A DNA stretch of 64,000 nt, from IMG/VR virus record IMGVR_UViG_3300025598_000024, positions 32,001 to 96,000 of that record. One strand, written 5' to 3'. The first letter of the stretch is position 1; every line of letters starts with the position of its first letter. Position numbers and translations under genes: made by a program. Shown here in pieces: positions 63,887 through 64,000 of this stretch. This stretch comes from a virus. The notes beneath the pieces were generated by a model that worked only from the letters and a program-made list of their open reading frames with translations, had not been told where the DNA came from and searched no databases.

Positions 63887-64000
63887 TTAAAGTGTCATCA
63901 GCCAGTCGTCAGCAGAAAGCTGCTCACGGCTAGTTGTTGAGGCCGTTGTCAACCGACCCATCTCTGGCAGGCGGCTGTTACCACTTGCCACTTTTTGGCT
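63887..64000 (-). CDS. C-terminus of upstream head gene (scaffold/protease-like; partial)
   Basis: ...SQKVASGNSRLPEMGR...DDWLMTL*. Confidence 0.45.
   Translation of the reverse strand, partial: SQKVASGNSRLPEMGRLTTASTTSREQLSADDWLMTL

Noticed and set aside
1-64000. Genome-wide TAG reassignment
   Set aside because: Many genes (MCP, sheath, 48344, ssb) end cleanly at TAG and coding density is high in code 11; only one in-frame TAG was noticed.

Overview
A 64-kb slice of a large contractile-tailed (myovirus) phage. Essentially all genes lie on the minus strand. The major capsid protein, tail module, DnaE/DnaG/DnaB/RecA block, WhiB and short-variable-arm tRNA-Leu(TAA) point to an actinobacteriophage resembling the cluster C (Bxz1-like) mycobacteriophages; this is recognition from memory, with no search run. 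In transcription order (high to low coordinates) the window holds: head genes; virion/fibre genes including a collagen-like fibre; neck, sheath, tube, a frameshifted tail chaperone, tape measure and baseplate; an SNF2 helicase and WhiB; a 7-gene glycosyltransferase/methyltransferase cluster; a tRNA array with two endonuclease genes; thyX; two more glycosyltransferases; an Ntn protease, UvsE, a LuxC-like protein and an Sm/Hfq-like protein; and the replication/recombination block. Most striking signals: (1) three 'break-and-replace' endonuclease cassettes. An HNH gene plus a complete tRNA-Leu(TAG) is nested between the two halves of a broken Leu-type tRNA. An Endo VII gene replaces a tRNA with a non-canonical tRNA-Lys(TTT). 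A Vsr-like nuclease carries a recoded copy of its neighbour's C-terminus. (2) A glycosyltransferase-methyltransferase cassette bounded by a perfect 69-bp tRNA-Val direct repeat. (3) A candidate virion-glycosylation system: nine sugar-modifying genes, including COLGALT-like and GT17-like enzymes, alongside Ser-Gly-enriched virion proteins and a collagen fibre.
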